From assembly GCF_006345805.1 (NCBI RefSeq), contig NC_043003.1, positions 111,538,001 through 111,602,000 on the forward strand: a stretch of DNA of 64,000 nucleotides, in the 5' to 3' direction. This DNA comes from Octopus sinensis (taxonomy: Eukaryota). The notes below the pieces were generated by a model that worked only from the letters and a program-made list of their open reading frames with translations, was not told where the DNA came from and made no database searches. Both the position numbers and the translations under genes were made by a program. Below, in pieces: positions 36,864-51,147 of this stretch (positions are counted from its first letter, which is position 1; every line of letters starts with the position of its first letter).

Positions 36864-38047
36864 AGTCTAATATAATATTTCGGAAAACAAAAATGACTTC
36901 TTCATATATTCGTAGAAATTGATTGAGTCACTACTATAATCGGTTTTCCAGAGTTTTTTTTGCTAGGAGCGTCCCTGCAGTGGTTTCACGAATTCCTCAT
37001 GAGAAATGCGTGAGGGTGGCTATGCCTCAAGCTTTAGTGTGCTGGCAAATCCGTAGCGCTGCTTCTGAGTTGTGTATTATAGGTGCAGTTTCCATATTTG
37101 TTACTTTTTTATAGTTAATACATGAACATGTTATCAAAAATGAACTTACACGCATCCAGATGTAACGAAATAACGTATTGACTGACAACCTGGAGCATGT
37201 TGTTAATTTCTGGCCCTAGCCTGTCTTGTACTGTTAAGTACAGTTCATCACTTCCACTCGGTGGCAATACAAACACGCCGAAGACACAGAAAACAGCAAC
37301 ACATGCTTCCTTGAAATACCTCCATTTTAACGAGAGGAGAACTACAGCCATCCAAAGAACTATAAAAAGAGAAGGACTAGACATATAACTAGCCTACTCT
37401 GGCCCCTCTCTGAGAAAACACCTCGCAAAGAAACGAGTAAGGGACAGCAATCGATGCACACTAGCAAGCTGCCCCATCCGTGACACAGATTTATACCAAC
37501 GAGTAAATGTTGTGTATAGAATGCAATGTAAAAAATACAGCAAGTTCTATGTGGTTACTCCTTCAGAAAGCATCTAGACAGATGCCGGAACACTGATAAA
37601 AGAGTAACAGTCAAAACTGAAGCCAATGAAAGAAATTTGGGTTATCCAGGTATTAAGGAAGCTAACATCATAAACAGAATAGGGCCCAAAATTAACAACA
37701 GACTGGGGGTTGTCAGTCAATATATTATTTAGCTACATCTGGATGCGTGTAAGTTCGTTTTTGCTAACGTGATCATGTATTATTTATAAAAAAAAAGTAA
37801 CAAAGAGGAGACTGTACGAATAATACATAACTTAAAAGCAGCGCTACTGATGTCCCAACACACACGAGCTTGAGGCATAGCCGCCCTTACGCACTCCTAA
37901 TGAGGAATTCCGGAAGTAGCTTCGTCAGACCACTGCAGAGAAACTTCCAGAAACAACCGTTGGAAAACCGATTATAGCAGTGACTAAATCAATTTCTTAG
38001 GATATCTGAAGAAGGAATTTTTGCTTTCCGAAATATTATATACGACT
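36864..38047 (+). mobile_element. PLE 3' fragment with inverted ~300-bp terminal repeats enclosing a GIY-YIG remnant
   Basis: 36864-37166 is a diverged inverted copy of 37732-38047. Interior reads LRKHLAKK...CTLASCPIRD..LYQRVNVVYRMQCKK..KFYV. Confidence 0.7.
38002..38041 (+). ncRNA. Minimal type I hammerhead motif
   Basis: AUAU-CUGAAGA-A-GGAA-UUUUUGCU-UUCC-GAAAUAU-U-AUAU; the inverted arm holds a decayed copy at ~36869-36908 (-). Confidence 0.6.
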
Positions 38048-38187
38048 ATGGATGATTAAATTATATCAGTTACTCAAGTCCATTGTTGTTATAATAGTGC
38101 GTTGTTGTGCCAATCAAGATACATTATATTTTACAAACAATACACAATGCTTCCAGATAACTACACTACTCTACTATGTGTGTGTGT

Positions 38188-38235
<48 letters not shown>

Positions 38236-38505
38236 ATAGGTATACAAATATGCATATATGCCTGACAACTATACCCATAAATATATTGACTAAAACATAT
38301 AAGAAAACTAAACAGAGGCGAACCGGAATAGTGATTAGTCGGATATGTATAGATCAGTGTACGATTGTAAAAATACCAGTATTTATACACCAATTGATTT
38401 GTCTTGTTCTTGTGTTTGTTTTTTGTTTTTAATTCGGTTTTCAGAAATGTTTTTCTCTTTCCCTTTATGTGTATATTATTGGTTTCGCATACCTAATTCT
38501 ATCGT

Positions 38506-38715
38506 AAGGCAGCGAGCTGGCAGAAAGGTTCGCATTTCCGGGCGAAATGTTTAGCGGTATTTCGTCTGTCTTTGTTCTGAGTTCAAATTCCGCCGAGGTC
38601 CACTTTGCCTTTCATCATTTCGGAGTCGATAAATTAAGTACCAGTTGCGTACTGAAGTCGATATAACTGACTGGGATCCTCCCCCAAAATTTCTGGCTTC
38701 GTGCCTAGAGCAGAA
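38506..38715 (+). mobile_element. SINE family B
   Basis: ggcagcgagctggcagaa...gagttcaaattccgccgagg. Confidence 0.85.
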
Positions 38716-39459
38716 AAGATACCTAGGTCTCTTGTATTCCATATTACATTTATTCCAAATTACTGTCACTATATTTTGGCGAAACTATATTAATGTTTGT
38801 ATAAAAGGTATCAAATTGTACATTAAATCTTTATCCAGTAATAGTTGCTTTGATGGACCAGTAACCGGAACCGCTTAGGAATTGTTAATTGACCAAAACT
38901 GCAACAGATTTAGCAATTAATAATCACGCTCCTTCCCTTTTGCAGGCGCACCTAACGACACAATTTAATTTAAACATTAAGATAAAAGCTATTCCTAAAA
39001 TATGTTATAAACAAAATAGAACAACTCAAAAAAATCAGAAGAAAATATAGATTAACATTGCACATTAGTGATAGACACGTAACTGATTATATAACTACTT
39101 ATATAATCAACACCTCTGAAATTAAAAAAAAATCTGCCAGAAAATCAAACGTCATTACAATTTTAAATGAGTATGCATCTATGTCCCCAAACGCAGCTAT
39201 TTGAAGCAATACGACATGACTGTTTTAATTATAACCATTATAGATCGGTACCAGCCCAGTTTACAAACAGGAAACATATCTAATTATCCTTGATTGTAAA
39301 TGATAAATCAATACAATATAATTTCAATACGAAATATATACTAACCACACCCAAATTTGCTTGCACGCCCAATATTTCTCACCATATATATTTTTCCATT
39401 TGTTTATATCATTCCTTATTTTTCGCTTTCACATTGCATAGCTTTTTTAAATTTGACTC

Positions 39460-39494
<35 letters not shown>

Positions 39495-39499
39495 CATTA

Positions 39500-40075
39500 T
39501 TGAGTGAGAAGCAGTGCATGCCATCAAAGTGACACTGGGGTAAAATATACGAAGCCCAATATACCCATCATGACTACCCGTCTGATAAAGGTACACCAGG
39601 CACATGCATCACAACCATATGTGCACGACATGGTGATCTCATATCAAGATGAACAGCACATGACCTTGCAGGTGGGGCCCAGTTAGAATTTTCGTCAGGT
39701 TGAGTAGCCCATCCCGCTCAAAAGGTCCCTGAATAAGGGTTGTTTAAGGATGTTGAAAGAACCACCCATGTTTCCAGAGGTGAATTATTCAAACCCCAAA
39801 GAATCCCTCTCAACACATGGCTATGATGCTTCCCCACTACTTCTGCTCATGATCAGAGATGCACATATCGTCAGCCAATAAGGGACATGCTCAACCGGTT
39901 AAGGTCAAACAACTGACAAGCAAATCTGTGGTATTGAGCAGAATATTTGCTGTAGCCCATCTTTTATACCAAGACAAAACAATGTACATGATAACACTTC
40001 CAATCAGTTAAGATCAGAAGCCATGAGAGCCACTGCCTGGTACTGAATCAGGGCATTTATGTACTGCATCAGGGC

Positions 40076-40078
<3 letters not shown>
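39500..40078 (-). mobile_element. ~560-bp (AAT)n-embedded repeat
   Basis: Colinear with 50472-51029; short terminal duplication of cagggcattta. Confidence 0.9.
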
Positions 40079-40155
<77 letters not shown>

Positions 40156-40235
40156 TTGTTGTTATTGCTGTTGTTGTTGTTGTTGTTGTTGTTGCTGTTG
40201 TTGTTGTTTTTTCTGTTGTTGTTGCTGCTGCTATT
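40078..40235. repeat. (TTA)n-(TTG)n microsatellite
   Basis: Direct reading. Confidence 0.95.
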
Positions 40236-40695
40236 ATATGTTTGAATTTTGCTTTGTATTAGTACAAGTTGACTCCAAGTCTTACCCAGACACCTCAAGT
40301 GACAACAAGATGGAAATCCATGTCGGTGTTATGCCTAGGGCATCACATATTTGGTTTTGCACGTAGTGTTGTTCTGGAGAACGTTTAAAACACAAGAAAA
40401 TTATGATCTTGTTTTAAAATTTCACATTAGGTAGACAGTATTTTACGTAGGATAGGGGCAGTTCTCGTTAGCAATATCTTTTGAAGTTCTACCATTTTGA
40501 GGTTTCCTGGTATATGCGCTAGGTAGGAACCAGCCCCTTATGCTATCATTCCTAAGTCATCTATGACAACAGGTATTGTTTTAGTCTTGATGTTCCACAT
40601 TTTGCCAATTTCTGTTACAGGATCTTTATACTTGCTCAGTTTTGTGGAAGGTCTTGACAGATACATTTATGTCGATTGGGACAGTCATATCAATA
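40236..40695 (-). mobile_element. R4/Dong-type 3' end fragment
   Basis: Homologous to 51148-51630, including the IDMTVP..KY.DL..E region and the 3' terminus. Confidence 0.8.
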
Positions 40696-40729
40696 TACAT
40701 ACATACATATATATGTATATAATATATAT

Positions 40730-40817
<88 letters not shown>

Positions 40818-40873
40818 TCAATATAGGGTGGCAAAAAATTTTCGCAGAATATATATATATTTTTATACATATG

Positions 40874-40909
<36 letters not shown>

Positions 40910-41019
40910 AGCAATAATGATGGGGAAATAATGGGTGAAGGAATGATTATTTTGTTTGTTATAAACTGATGTAAATTTCTTTTAAAAAGCATAACAGTAT
41001 AAATAAATTGTTTATTAGT

Positions 41020-41180
41020 TGTAAAGCTCAAAAGCTTAAAGAAAAGAACTTATATATATGTTTCAGTCCTATCACCTATTTCATCAGATTTTCCAAGTGT
41101 TTGGTCAAATGGTAAGGAGAATATCATGTTCTAACTATATGCTGGTAGAACTTCTGTAGAGTTAATTCTGAGCTCATCGT
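41020..41180 (+). mobile_element. Short fragment of the 43040-45000 PLE family in opposite orientation
   Basis: 41040-41110 aligns with the reverse complement of ~44790-44865. Confidence 0.55.
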
Positions 41181-41229
41181 GCTTAGGTAATCATTTTTCT
41201 TTTGAAGGATGCATACAGAGTACTAGCGG

Positions 41230-43030
41230 GATAATAAAAAATGTTTAGGTTATATATATATATTATATGTATAATAAAACAAATATATAGTATTGGATAG
41301 GATCTCATATGAATTATACGATTGTGTACTAGGGTGTGGTAATGTAATAAAGATAACGGATATAGAGAAAATTATAGGCAAGTGGGTGTTATTTATATAT
41401 TTCTCGGGTTCTAACAAGTATTTGATTAATGGAGTTTAGTAAATTATTGATGGTAGATATTAAACCAAAATATAAGTGATATTAATAATTGTAAGGAATG
41501 TGGAGGTAAATATATCGACGTTCTCGTTTAAAGATTATTTACCATAAAATGTTTAATATTTATTTGCACCGGTTTTGATATTTAGATTCAAAATACCGAA
41601 AGTAAAAAAAGAACAGAAATAACGAAAGCGAAAATGACACATACGATAATAAATGATATGTGCATGATATTTAGAAGATTAGATAGAGGATAATTTACCT
41701 TTTATAATTATACTTAAGAATTATTATTGATAGGTTACTGAAATACTTTGGAACTATTTCATATGTGCACTGGGTTTAATATATCAATACAAAAATAACT
41801 AAAGCAGTAATGAGATTATACGCTTGTTGACTTTTGTGAGGAAAGTAGTAAAATAATAGCGGATAAGGTGATGGATATAAATTCAGGTTCTAATACGTAT
41901 CTAATTGGTAGTGTTTCAAGCTTAGTAATTTAGTAAATTATTAATGGTAAATATTAAAAACAAAATATAAGTGATACTCTTTACTCTCTTTTACGCTTTC
42001 ACTTGTTTCAGTCATTTCATTGTGGCCATGCTCTGGAGCACCGCCTTTACTCGAACGAATCGACCTCAGGACTTATTCTTTGTAAGCCGAGTACTATCGG
42101 TCCCTTTTGCCGAACCGCTAAGTTACAGGACGTAAACACACCAACATCGGTTGTCAAGCGATGTTGGGGAGAAACACGGGCACACAGACATACACACATA
42201 CATATATATATATATATATTATATATATATATATATACGACGGGCTTCTTTCAGTTTCCGTCTACCAAATCCACTCACAAGGCTTTGGTCGGCCCGAAGC
42301 TATAGCAGAAGACACTTACCCAAGGTGCCACACAGTGGGACTGAACCCCGAACCATGTGGTTCGTAAGCAAGCTATTTACCACACAGCCACTCCTACGCC
42401 TGATATTAATAATTCTAAGGAGTTTGTATGTAATGGGGCAATATATCGACGTTCTCATTTAAAGATTATTTACTATAAGAATATTTAATAATTTGATATG
42501 TGCACCGGGTGTTAAATTCGAAGATAACGGAAGTGAGAAAGAAAAAAAGAAAATGATATATACAATAGTTTGCTTTCTATATATATATATTTATGAACTA
42601 TTGTCGATAGGATCCTAAAATACAATGGAACTATTTGACATATGTACCGGGTTTGATAAAGAAATATAAAACTTATTGGTATAAACTCTGGATCTAACAG
42701 GTATCTAACTAATTGGGCCTCATTTTAAGTAAATTATTAATGACAAATATTAGATCAAAAAATATATAAGTGATATAACTGATTATAGAAGAGTTAATGG
42801 TATTTATGGAATAGTTATTTATGAATATACTAAAATACAATGGAACTATTTAATATACACACCGTATTTGATATGTAAATACAAAATTTATAGATATAAA
42901 CTCTGAACCTAATAGACGTCTAATTAATTGGTTTGCATATTAAGTATATTATTAATAGTACATGTCAGATCAAACATCATAAGTGATATTAGTAATTTTA
43001 GAATGATTAATTGTATTTATAGAATAGATA
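41230..43030. repeat. Ancient degenerate tandem array next to the PLE 3' end
   Basis: Recurrent blocks tggaactattt (~41750, 42626, 42841), ataagtgata (~41473, 41967, 42767, 42979) and aatatatcgacgttctc (41508, 42440). Confidence 0.6.
41977..42400 (-). mobile_element. SINE family A, full length, inserted in the array
   Basis: Flanked by tgata at 41972-41976 and 42401-42405; removing it restores aagtgatattaataatt as at 41474. Confidence 0.9.
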
Positions 43031-43039
43031 TTTATGAAT

Positions 43040-45000
43040 GTATAAGCATGAGAAGAAATTTTCGACCCTCTCGTTTAATAACTTTTAGAAGAAAAATAAT
43101 GTTAAAACGTTCGGATGTACAGAGTTGACATTATTTATCTGGGGGATGAAATGTTTTGGCATGAGATAAAATTGTCTATCGAATTCTAAAACATACATCC
43201 TTATATTTTTCCCTAGATGGATTTACTAATATTAGTCGAAGTACGTTTATTAGTATTTCAGAAAGAATATATATGGTTCGTGATTCTGGCCTTCATAAAA
43301 ATTTTCGAGGAACCTATATAGAAGAAGTGTTAACCGCCAGTTTCAACTATAGCTTGGTATACTAAATTCTTTCTTTTGCAGTAATTCTTAAATCTACATT
43401 GATCTTTAACTCTACAATCACTCATATAGCCTTTGGAAATGACAGTTTGTTTGGGGCGAGTAATCTCCCATTGATTGTCATGTGAGAATGGAGCATTTGA
43501 ATGTTCTTTATTTTGGGGATAGATTGGGTATACGCTTGGCGTAACATTTATGTAGTTTAGGAGAATTTAGAGATGATATGTATCTAAATAATTTACGAGG
43601 AACTGAAAAGGCATACCGAAAAATAACTGCTGTGGAATAATTCCCTATATTTGTTATCAATATAAAACTGTTTATTTATCACCTGTGTATTATAGTAATC
43701 AAATTAGATTTTACTTGTGTGGCGAAGGGTAAAATTAACCAGGATATATTTTTCTTTATTTTATTATTACTAGAAGTTGGATTATGATAGTTTTCCATTT
43801 TAGATTTAATATAAGGTATGCAATTTTTATTTCTTTTTACATTGTGTGTATTGTTGAATAAGCTGTAATAATTTATGGGCGGACATATGTTCTTGCTGCC
43901 TATCAGCAGAGGTTGATATATTATTTATATCCTTGTGATTATTGTCATAACTTTGTGTTTAGCATTATTAGGGTGTATAATGTGTATGCTTCTTTCATTA
44001 TTGTCAGTATAAGAATTGGCTTTGATCTGCAGGTGTATTTCTTTTTGGATTCTGTTACGGTATATTTATCTCTTTTGCCTCTGTTCGATATATATTTATT
44101 GCGTGATCTATTAACTGTGTTGTTGATATTTATAGCGTTATTCAACGATTCGGTCGTTAGATTATTAGTACTTAAGTTGTGCCTTGATATATAGACATAT
44201 TTGTGTTTATTATTAACTGTATTTAAATCCTGCACAATATATCTAATTTGTTGTGTAAATCTAGCCTTTTCCAGTGCAATATTGTATATTTCCTTGCTAT
44301 CATTAATGATATCTTCACTGCATGAGAGAAAATGTATTCTTCTTTCAATGATATTACCTAAACAATTTGTATTAAGCTGAATATAAATACTTTTTTTGTT
44401 AATATAGGTGATTTTAGAGTTGGGTTTATGGGAAGATGCATATTTGCCTGAGATAAGATTAAAATTCACGCCTAAAAAACTTACTGAGTTGGGCTCTGCA
44501 TCAAGAGAAATTTTATATCCAAAACGTTTTAAGAATTCTTGGAGTTTTTTCTTGTCTAATTCTAGCTTATATTTGAAGGGTTTTTAATGATGACCAGTGC
44601 GTCGTCCCTATATAAACCACCACCTATTTCAGGAAATTCCCTACTAAATTTGTGTAGAAATATACAAATGGACTAAATCAGTGGCCTCAGCTGAATCGGA
44701 AGAGGCCATTACCACATCAAAGCATTTAGGTATATTATTACCTGCCCATAGTTTGTTATCGAACATAATTAGAATATAATACCTTCCTTAACATTTAACC
44801 AGACACTTGGAAATTCTGGCCAACTAGGTGATAAGATTGAAACATATATGTGGGTTCCTTTATTTAACATTTTTGAGCTGCTATACAAATTATAATCAAT
44901 TTATTTGTACTGTCGTGTTTTAAAAAAAAATTATGCATCCATTATTTCTTCATTTATTTTCTTCCCACAAAATTGCTATCATAAATTTTTAACAATTCCT
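43040..45000 (-). mobile_element. Decayed 5'-truncated Penelope-like retroelement (RT, thumb, GIY-YIG)
   Basis: Minus strand FDVVMASSDSAEATDLV, GLYRDDALVII, HKPNSKITYI..., DCRVKDQC...KNLVYQAIV...FYIGSS...KARITNH, CQLCTSERF; many stops. Confidence 0.85.
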
Positions 45001-45094
45001 AATATATCCCAATAACATTGGAATTATATGACAGGGACAAACCAGTTGAATACCTCGAATTATATAATCGCAAATGAAAATAAATGTTCTTTGA

Positions 45095-45122
45095 ATTAAC
45101 TATATATATATATGTATGTATG

Positions 45123-45154
<32 letters not shown>

Positions 45155-45215
45155 TGTATGTATGTATGTATGTATGTATGTATGTATGTATGTATGTATA
45201 TACATATATATGTAT
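45095..45215. repeat. (TATG)n microsatellite
   Basis: Direct reading. Confidence 0.95.
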
Positions 45216-45224
45216 ATATAGTTG

Positions 45225-45410
45225 AAATTTAAAGAAAACTAAAAGACGAAGACAGATGTATAAACAACAAGCTGGTGTATTAGTTTGGCGCTCGAGAAGG
45301 TGAGGAAGATTTCTCGCTTCGAGCCTACGCTCTTCAATAGAAAGGAATACCTGGAAATAAGCACAGAGAGAGTAAAAAAAATTGGTTTTAGCGGTCAATC
45401 ATGGCGGATG
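45225..45410 (-). mobile_element. Diverged H1-type repeat with a decayed hammerhead at 45308-45345
   Basis: Contains gagcctacgctcttcaa; core reads CUAUUGA and GAAG, stem III broken. Confidence 0.6.
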
Positions 45411-46103
45411 AAATATATATATATATATATAACATACACACACAGATATGTTAACATGTGATGGAAGGCTATGTTGAAATGTCCGTGTATTTATTGCTTG
45501 TAAATTCGCTGTGGCTAAACAGACCGCTAGCAATTATCCTGCAGTCTCGTAAGTTCGGCATATATAATTTCTGACAATTTTTCGTTATGTCAAATATATT
45601 GGTGGGTAGTTTTAGTTACACCTTTCATACATGCATTACGTACCTCATAAAATATTTAAAATCATGCAATGCCTTTTAGTAATATGGAAAGGCAATTTTC
45701 TAGAAATGTTTGGCCATCTTTGAAAAGAATAGTACAAGAAACGATGTATTAATTAAGCAATACATTCTTAGAGCAGAATTTCTACATCACATAAAAAATA
45801 TAGAGCGGCAATAAGCGAGCGTTTACTTAATAAAGACCAAAATGGGGATACGCTGGATTATCTAAGCGACTCTGCAGATATATTCTTTTGGTAAATTGTT
45901 TCTTTTCTTTACAGCATGTTCTGTAATCTATGACGATAAGTAATTTTGTTTTGTGTGTATATAGTATTATCATATTTGTATGTGTACAAACTTTATTGGC
46001 AATGCAGTATAGTTTATTTTGGCATGAATATATTGAAATATCACTTTATGTGGTGTCCAATATAACTTCAAATTAAACAAATATAAATAAAAATATCACT
46101 TTA

Positions 46104-46159
<56 letters not shown>

Positions 46160-46749
46160 TAAAACAATCAAAAATATTAAAAGACGCTTCTTCTGCGAAT
46201 GCAAAGCATGACTCTGAAGGTACCGACATATTATGTGCAACAAATATATGTACATTAAGATGAAATTACAGACATTGCATTATCTATGAGGCAGTTTACT
46301 TGCGCAAAATTTACCGTATATATTTATATCCAGAAGATATTTATAAAAGTGTAAAATGTACTATTTTTATCGACTGCTGAAATTCTCGCAGGAACCTTAT
46401 ATGAACGTTGATTTTTCAGATCCGTAGTCAATATGAAATCTATATGAGTTGATGTCGTACTATTTATAGTTCGCTTTTGATTACATCGCCAGCAGCATCC
46501 GGTAGCAAGTCTTTCGCAACCCTTTCTTGTACTGTATTTAACTATAATATGTACGTCCAAACTTAAACATCACCGAAATTTCTGCTCACTAGGAACACTA
46601 TGTACACACAGGCGGCAAGTGAGAAATATTTCCCAGCGACCATTTCGTACATATTACCGTGAACATATATTAGGCTTATTAGCAACACGCTTTACAGTTT
46701 TTCTTCCTCTCTCTCTCTCTCTGTCTCTTTGTCTGTTCTCTCTCTATAG

Positions 46750-47300
46750 CCCTACTAAAGCATTATCCCGATTTTCACCCTCACATACGCGTCTTAAACA
46801 TCCACTGCACTCACTTCCAATATCTCGATGCTGTTTCAGCCAGCTTCTAAATATCATCTGCTACAAAGCTTTTAATACTCATCAGTCTTAAATGATGGCG
46901 AGTGTGACTTTCTTAGACGTAGATATAGATGCCTCGTGCTTTCCTATGTTACTCACCGATGGTCTGTGTAATTGTTACCTTCACGTAATTACACAATCTC
47001 ACAAACTACCGACAGGTTCCATTTGCCCCCCTTCTATTGAATCTAAGCTTTGATGCATATTGCAATATCACAGTATTTGCGAACTGGGATCTCACTGTCG
47101 TTTGCTTATGTCAGCAAAATTATTAGTTTTTTTTGTTATATCAGACCATTGGTTCTATTTGTATCACGTCTATCATCACCCTGTTCTAAACATGCTACAT
47201 AGCATTGCACTCCTATATCGCACGCTCACAGCAATCCTCGTCCACATGATATTCATTTGCCTCCTGACCAAAATACAATACCTTATTGAAAAGATAGATT
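46750..47300 (+). mobile_element. Possible old PLE thumb-region remnant
   Basis: VTFLDVDI, an HK.TD-like motif and HHP...SI...R-like residues in the expected order, but fragmented. Confidence 0.3.
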
Positions 47301-49607
47301 AAAAATCTTCTCGAATCAGGTAATACATTATTGTCGCAGCAGTTCAAAAATATAATCACTGCATATATCAAGGAAACGTTCCTTTACCTCGTCAGTCAAT
47401 ATTGCAACTAATTCAGATAGAATCTCTACGGACGCTCGCAGTCATGAATGTCTCACTGGAAATCTGTTTTGCAATAAGATATACAGTAAAAATTGCTTCT
47501 TCAGAATTGCACAATAGAAAAAAATGTCAGAACTTCCAGTGAGCTGTTAAATGGCTACAAGATACAACTGAAACTCAGAAATTATTCTATTCCCCCTACC
47601 CCCACACCGACTCTGATATCTGGTGATGCTAGTGCTCACACGGACATAAGCGGAACAATGTCAGTTGGCTGAATTTAAAAATTCCGCTTTACTCAGCCAT
47701 TTTATTACAAATACTTTCTGCTCCTCGAAGCTGACTTTTATCGATTCGTTTCCACTAAGGATCATCCAATTCATTCTTCACACTACTTTTTGCCTCTTGT
47801 TATATTTCTGTCCCACAATCTCGGATTAATTCATATACCTTGTTCTACCTCACCAAGGCACCTTACCTCTTGAATTATTTTTTATCCCATACCTTTCCTG
47901 AAGTTGTTGAATTACATTTGTGTAAGAATATTCACGGCTCAGACGATTGGTCACACAGGGCAAACATAAACTATTACAGATCGTTCGTAACCATCCCTAT
48001 AGACCAAATCTAAAAAGTATTGAAATGGATTTGTGTTAGTAAAGCATTATGCTGTAGAAATATTGATATTTCTACAGGATACCCTTTTTTAATCTTAGAA
48101 TACAAATCATTCCTGCAATTTTGATTTTTTGTTTTTCTACATGCAGTTATCCTTCTTGCTGTACTGAAGTCTAATACAGACTGGTAAGTTGCACCATCTA
48201 CACTGAGGCAAACTACACGCCTGGTTACATTATCCTATTCCCTTGTATTTTGAATTAAAAAACTGACATTGTCGACTATAATCTTCCACTCTATCTTGTT
48301 AGTACAATAAATACTAACCATGTCCTGAATCAATTAAAAGGAATATACCTTCCTCCACAAATTTCTGGTATTATGTTTCTATCAGAAATCAATATAAGAT
48401 CAATATTATCATGATCGAACTTTTATTGCTATATTATCTCGCTTATTTCATACAGAATGATACAACAGTTATATAACTGTAACACTGGGGAGATTTTAAT
48501 ACTCTTGATAGTCAATGGAGTATTGTTATATTATCAGTGATTTCATTACTATTATCTTTCAATATTTTTGTTTCTTACGCGATTATTTAAACAAATCAGT
48601 TTTCGTTATTGTTTCGTAGTGCAACGCAAATTATTAATTATATTGAACATATTCTGTATTTAGTGTACAACTCAATAAATTGGATCTATTTTCTAAGGTG
48701 TGAGAAATGCTATGTATTTATATCGTTCGCATATTTCGTTCATGACCTTTTCCCTTATATTTTAATCAATTATTATATTATCATTTTGCACTCAATATAT
48801 CTTCCAACTTATTTCAATTTAAACATTTCATTTTTAGATACGTGCTTATGATTTCGCAATCAATATATTCTCACGGAATATCGGGTAACAAATATCGGTT
48901 TTCTCTTTCTCATTAAAATAGCGTCCGATATCTTTCATAAATATGTACATGCATATCGCTAATTATTATACTCCTGACCGTGTAAGAAACGTCTAGGGAA
49001 TATGCTGAAAATAGATATGTTAACTAACTTAATCATTCTGTCACATTATATAATAATTATCTCTCCGGGTTTATCAATAGGTCTTTACGAAAACAGGCCG
49101 GTTTTTAAATCATTTTACCTTAATTTGAATATTATTTGTGATATAGCATCAAATGAAATTATTGTTAATTTCTGGACAACCCAGTTTTATTGTCCAGTTA
49201 TATTACATGTTAAACCTGTGTTTTATTTTGTGTGTTCACCAATACATTTTACTACGGGGAGTATGCAATTGAAAAGGGAGTGGGTGAATAGCGCTTGCGA
49301 AATTTCACAGAAATTCCTGAATGTAAAATATAAACTCAAATCATCCACATATATCTAGATATGGCTCTTATCAAATTACCTGGTTAACGTATAGGTATTG
49401 CACAGAAAGACAACGTGCACCAAAGACTGCTGATTTGGAATGTAGAGAGTTAGCTTACATAAAAAATGATAGACAAGGATTCGGTTTAGTAGAAATTGTT
49501 ATGATGTTTCCGACGGGATAAATTCCAAGTTACGCAGAGGCTAACGAGGGCAATCATTAACAAGCGATGATGGTTCTCTGCAAAATTAATAGAAACATTT
49601 TAGAAAA

Positions 49608-50017
49608 TGGCTGTGTGGTAAGTAGCTTGCTAACCAGCCACATGGTTCCGGGTTCATTCCCACTGCGTGGCATCTTGGGCAAGTGTCTTCTGCTATAGCC
49701 CCGGGTCGACAAATGCCTTGTGAATGGATTTGTTAGACGGAAACTGAAAGAAGCCTGTTGTATATATGTAATTATATGTATGTATGTGTATGTATATGTT
49801 TGTGTGCCTGTGTTTGTCCCCCTAGCATTGCTTGACAACCGATGCTGGTGTGTTTACGCCCCCGTCACCTAGCGGTTCGGCAAAAGAGAGCGATAGAATA
49901 AATACTGGGCTTACAAAGAATAAGTTCCGGGGTCGATTTGCTCGACTAAAGGCGGTGCTCCAGTATGGCCGCACTCACATGACTGAAACAAGTAAAAGAC
50001 TAAAAGAGAAAAGAGTA
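49608..50017 (+). mobile_element. SINE family A
   Basis: tggctgtgtggtaagtagc head through aaaagagta tail. Confidence 0.9.
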
Positions 50018-50204
50018 TAACAGATAAAAAGTACGTGGTTACTAGAGGAGAATGCTGCAAGGTATACTGTTTACCTTAGAAGATTCGGTTTGGGTTAACA
50101 CATGTAGGACATGTGAGCATAGGTACGAGTTTCTTTTTCCTCCAACCCTCTTTTTATCGCTATTTCTTCCTCATCATTATCACCATCACTTTGTCATTGT
50201 TGCT

Positions 50205-50395
50205 GTTGTGTTCTTCATCTTCTTCTTCTTCTTCTTCTTCTTCTTCTTCTTCTTCTTCTTCTTTTTATTCCCCTTCTTTTTCTTCTATCTCTTTTTCCTC
50301 ATCCGACTGTTCTCCCCATTCTTCTTCTTCTTTTTTCTTCTTCTTCTACTTCTTCTTCTTCTTCTTCTTCTTCATTTTTTCTTCTTCTTCTTCTT

Positions 50396-50426
<31 letters not shown>

Positions 50427-50471
50427 TTATTATTATTATTATTACTAGTATTATTGTTATTATTATTATCA
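50205..50471. repeat. (CTT)n-(ATT)n microsatellite
   Basis: Direct reading. Confidence 0.95.
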
Positions 50472-51029
50472 TTGAGTGAGAGAGCAGTTCATGCCATCAA
50501 AGTGACACTGGGGTAAAATATACGAAGCCCAATATACCCATCATGACTACCTGTCTGATAAAGGTACACCAGGCACATGCATCACAACCATATGTGCGCG
50601 ACATGGTGATCTCATATCAAGATAAACAGCACATGACCTTGCAGGTGGGGCCCAGTTAGAATTTTCTTCAGGTTGAGTAGCTCATCCCGCTCAAACGGTG
50701 CCTGAATAAGGGTTGTTTAAGGATGTTGAAAGAACCACCCATGTTTCCAGAGGTGAACTATTCAAACCCCAAAGACTCCCTCTCAACACATGGCTATGAT
50801 GCACCCCCACTACTTCTGCTCGTGATCAGAGATGCACATATCGTCAGCCACTAAGGGACATGCTCAACTGGTTAAGGTCAAACAACTGACAAGCAAATCT
50901 GTGGTATTGAGCAGAATATTTGCTGTAGCCCATCTTTTATACCAAGACAAAACAATGTACATGATAACACTTCCAATCAGTTAAGATCAGAAGCCATGAG
51001 AGCCACTGCCTGGTACTGCATCAGGGCTA
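50472..51029 (-). mobile_element. ~560-bp (AAT)n-embedded repeat
   Basis: Colinear with 39500-40078 and 4524-5080. Confidence 0.9.
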
Positions 51030-51031
51030 TA

Positions 51032-51086
<55 letters not shown>

Positions 51087-51147
51087 TATTATTATTATTA
51101 TTATTATCATTATTATTACTATGATTACTATGATTATTATTATTATT

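Noticed and set aside
41055-41090. Minus-strand CUGAUGA...GAAAC
   Set aside because: No stem II pairing, and the segment is homologous to PLE coding sequence at ~44800.
51005-51029. cctggtactgca at the end of the 560-bp element resembling a U2 snRNA stem-loop
   Set aside because: Only a 12-nt resemblance, with no other U2 features.
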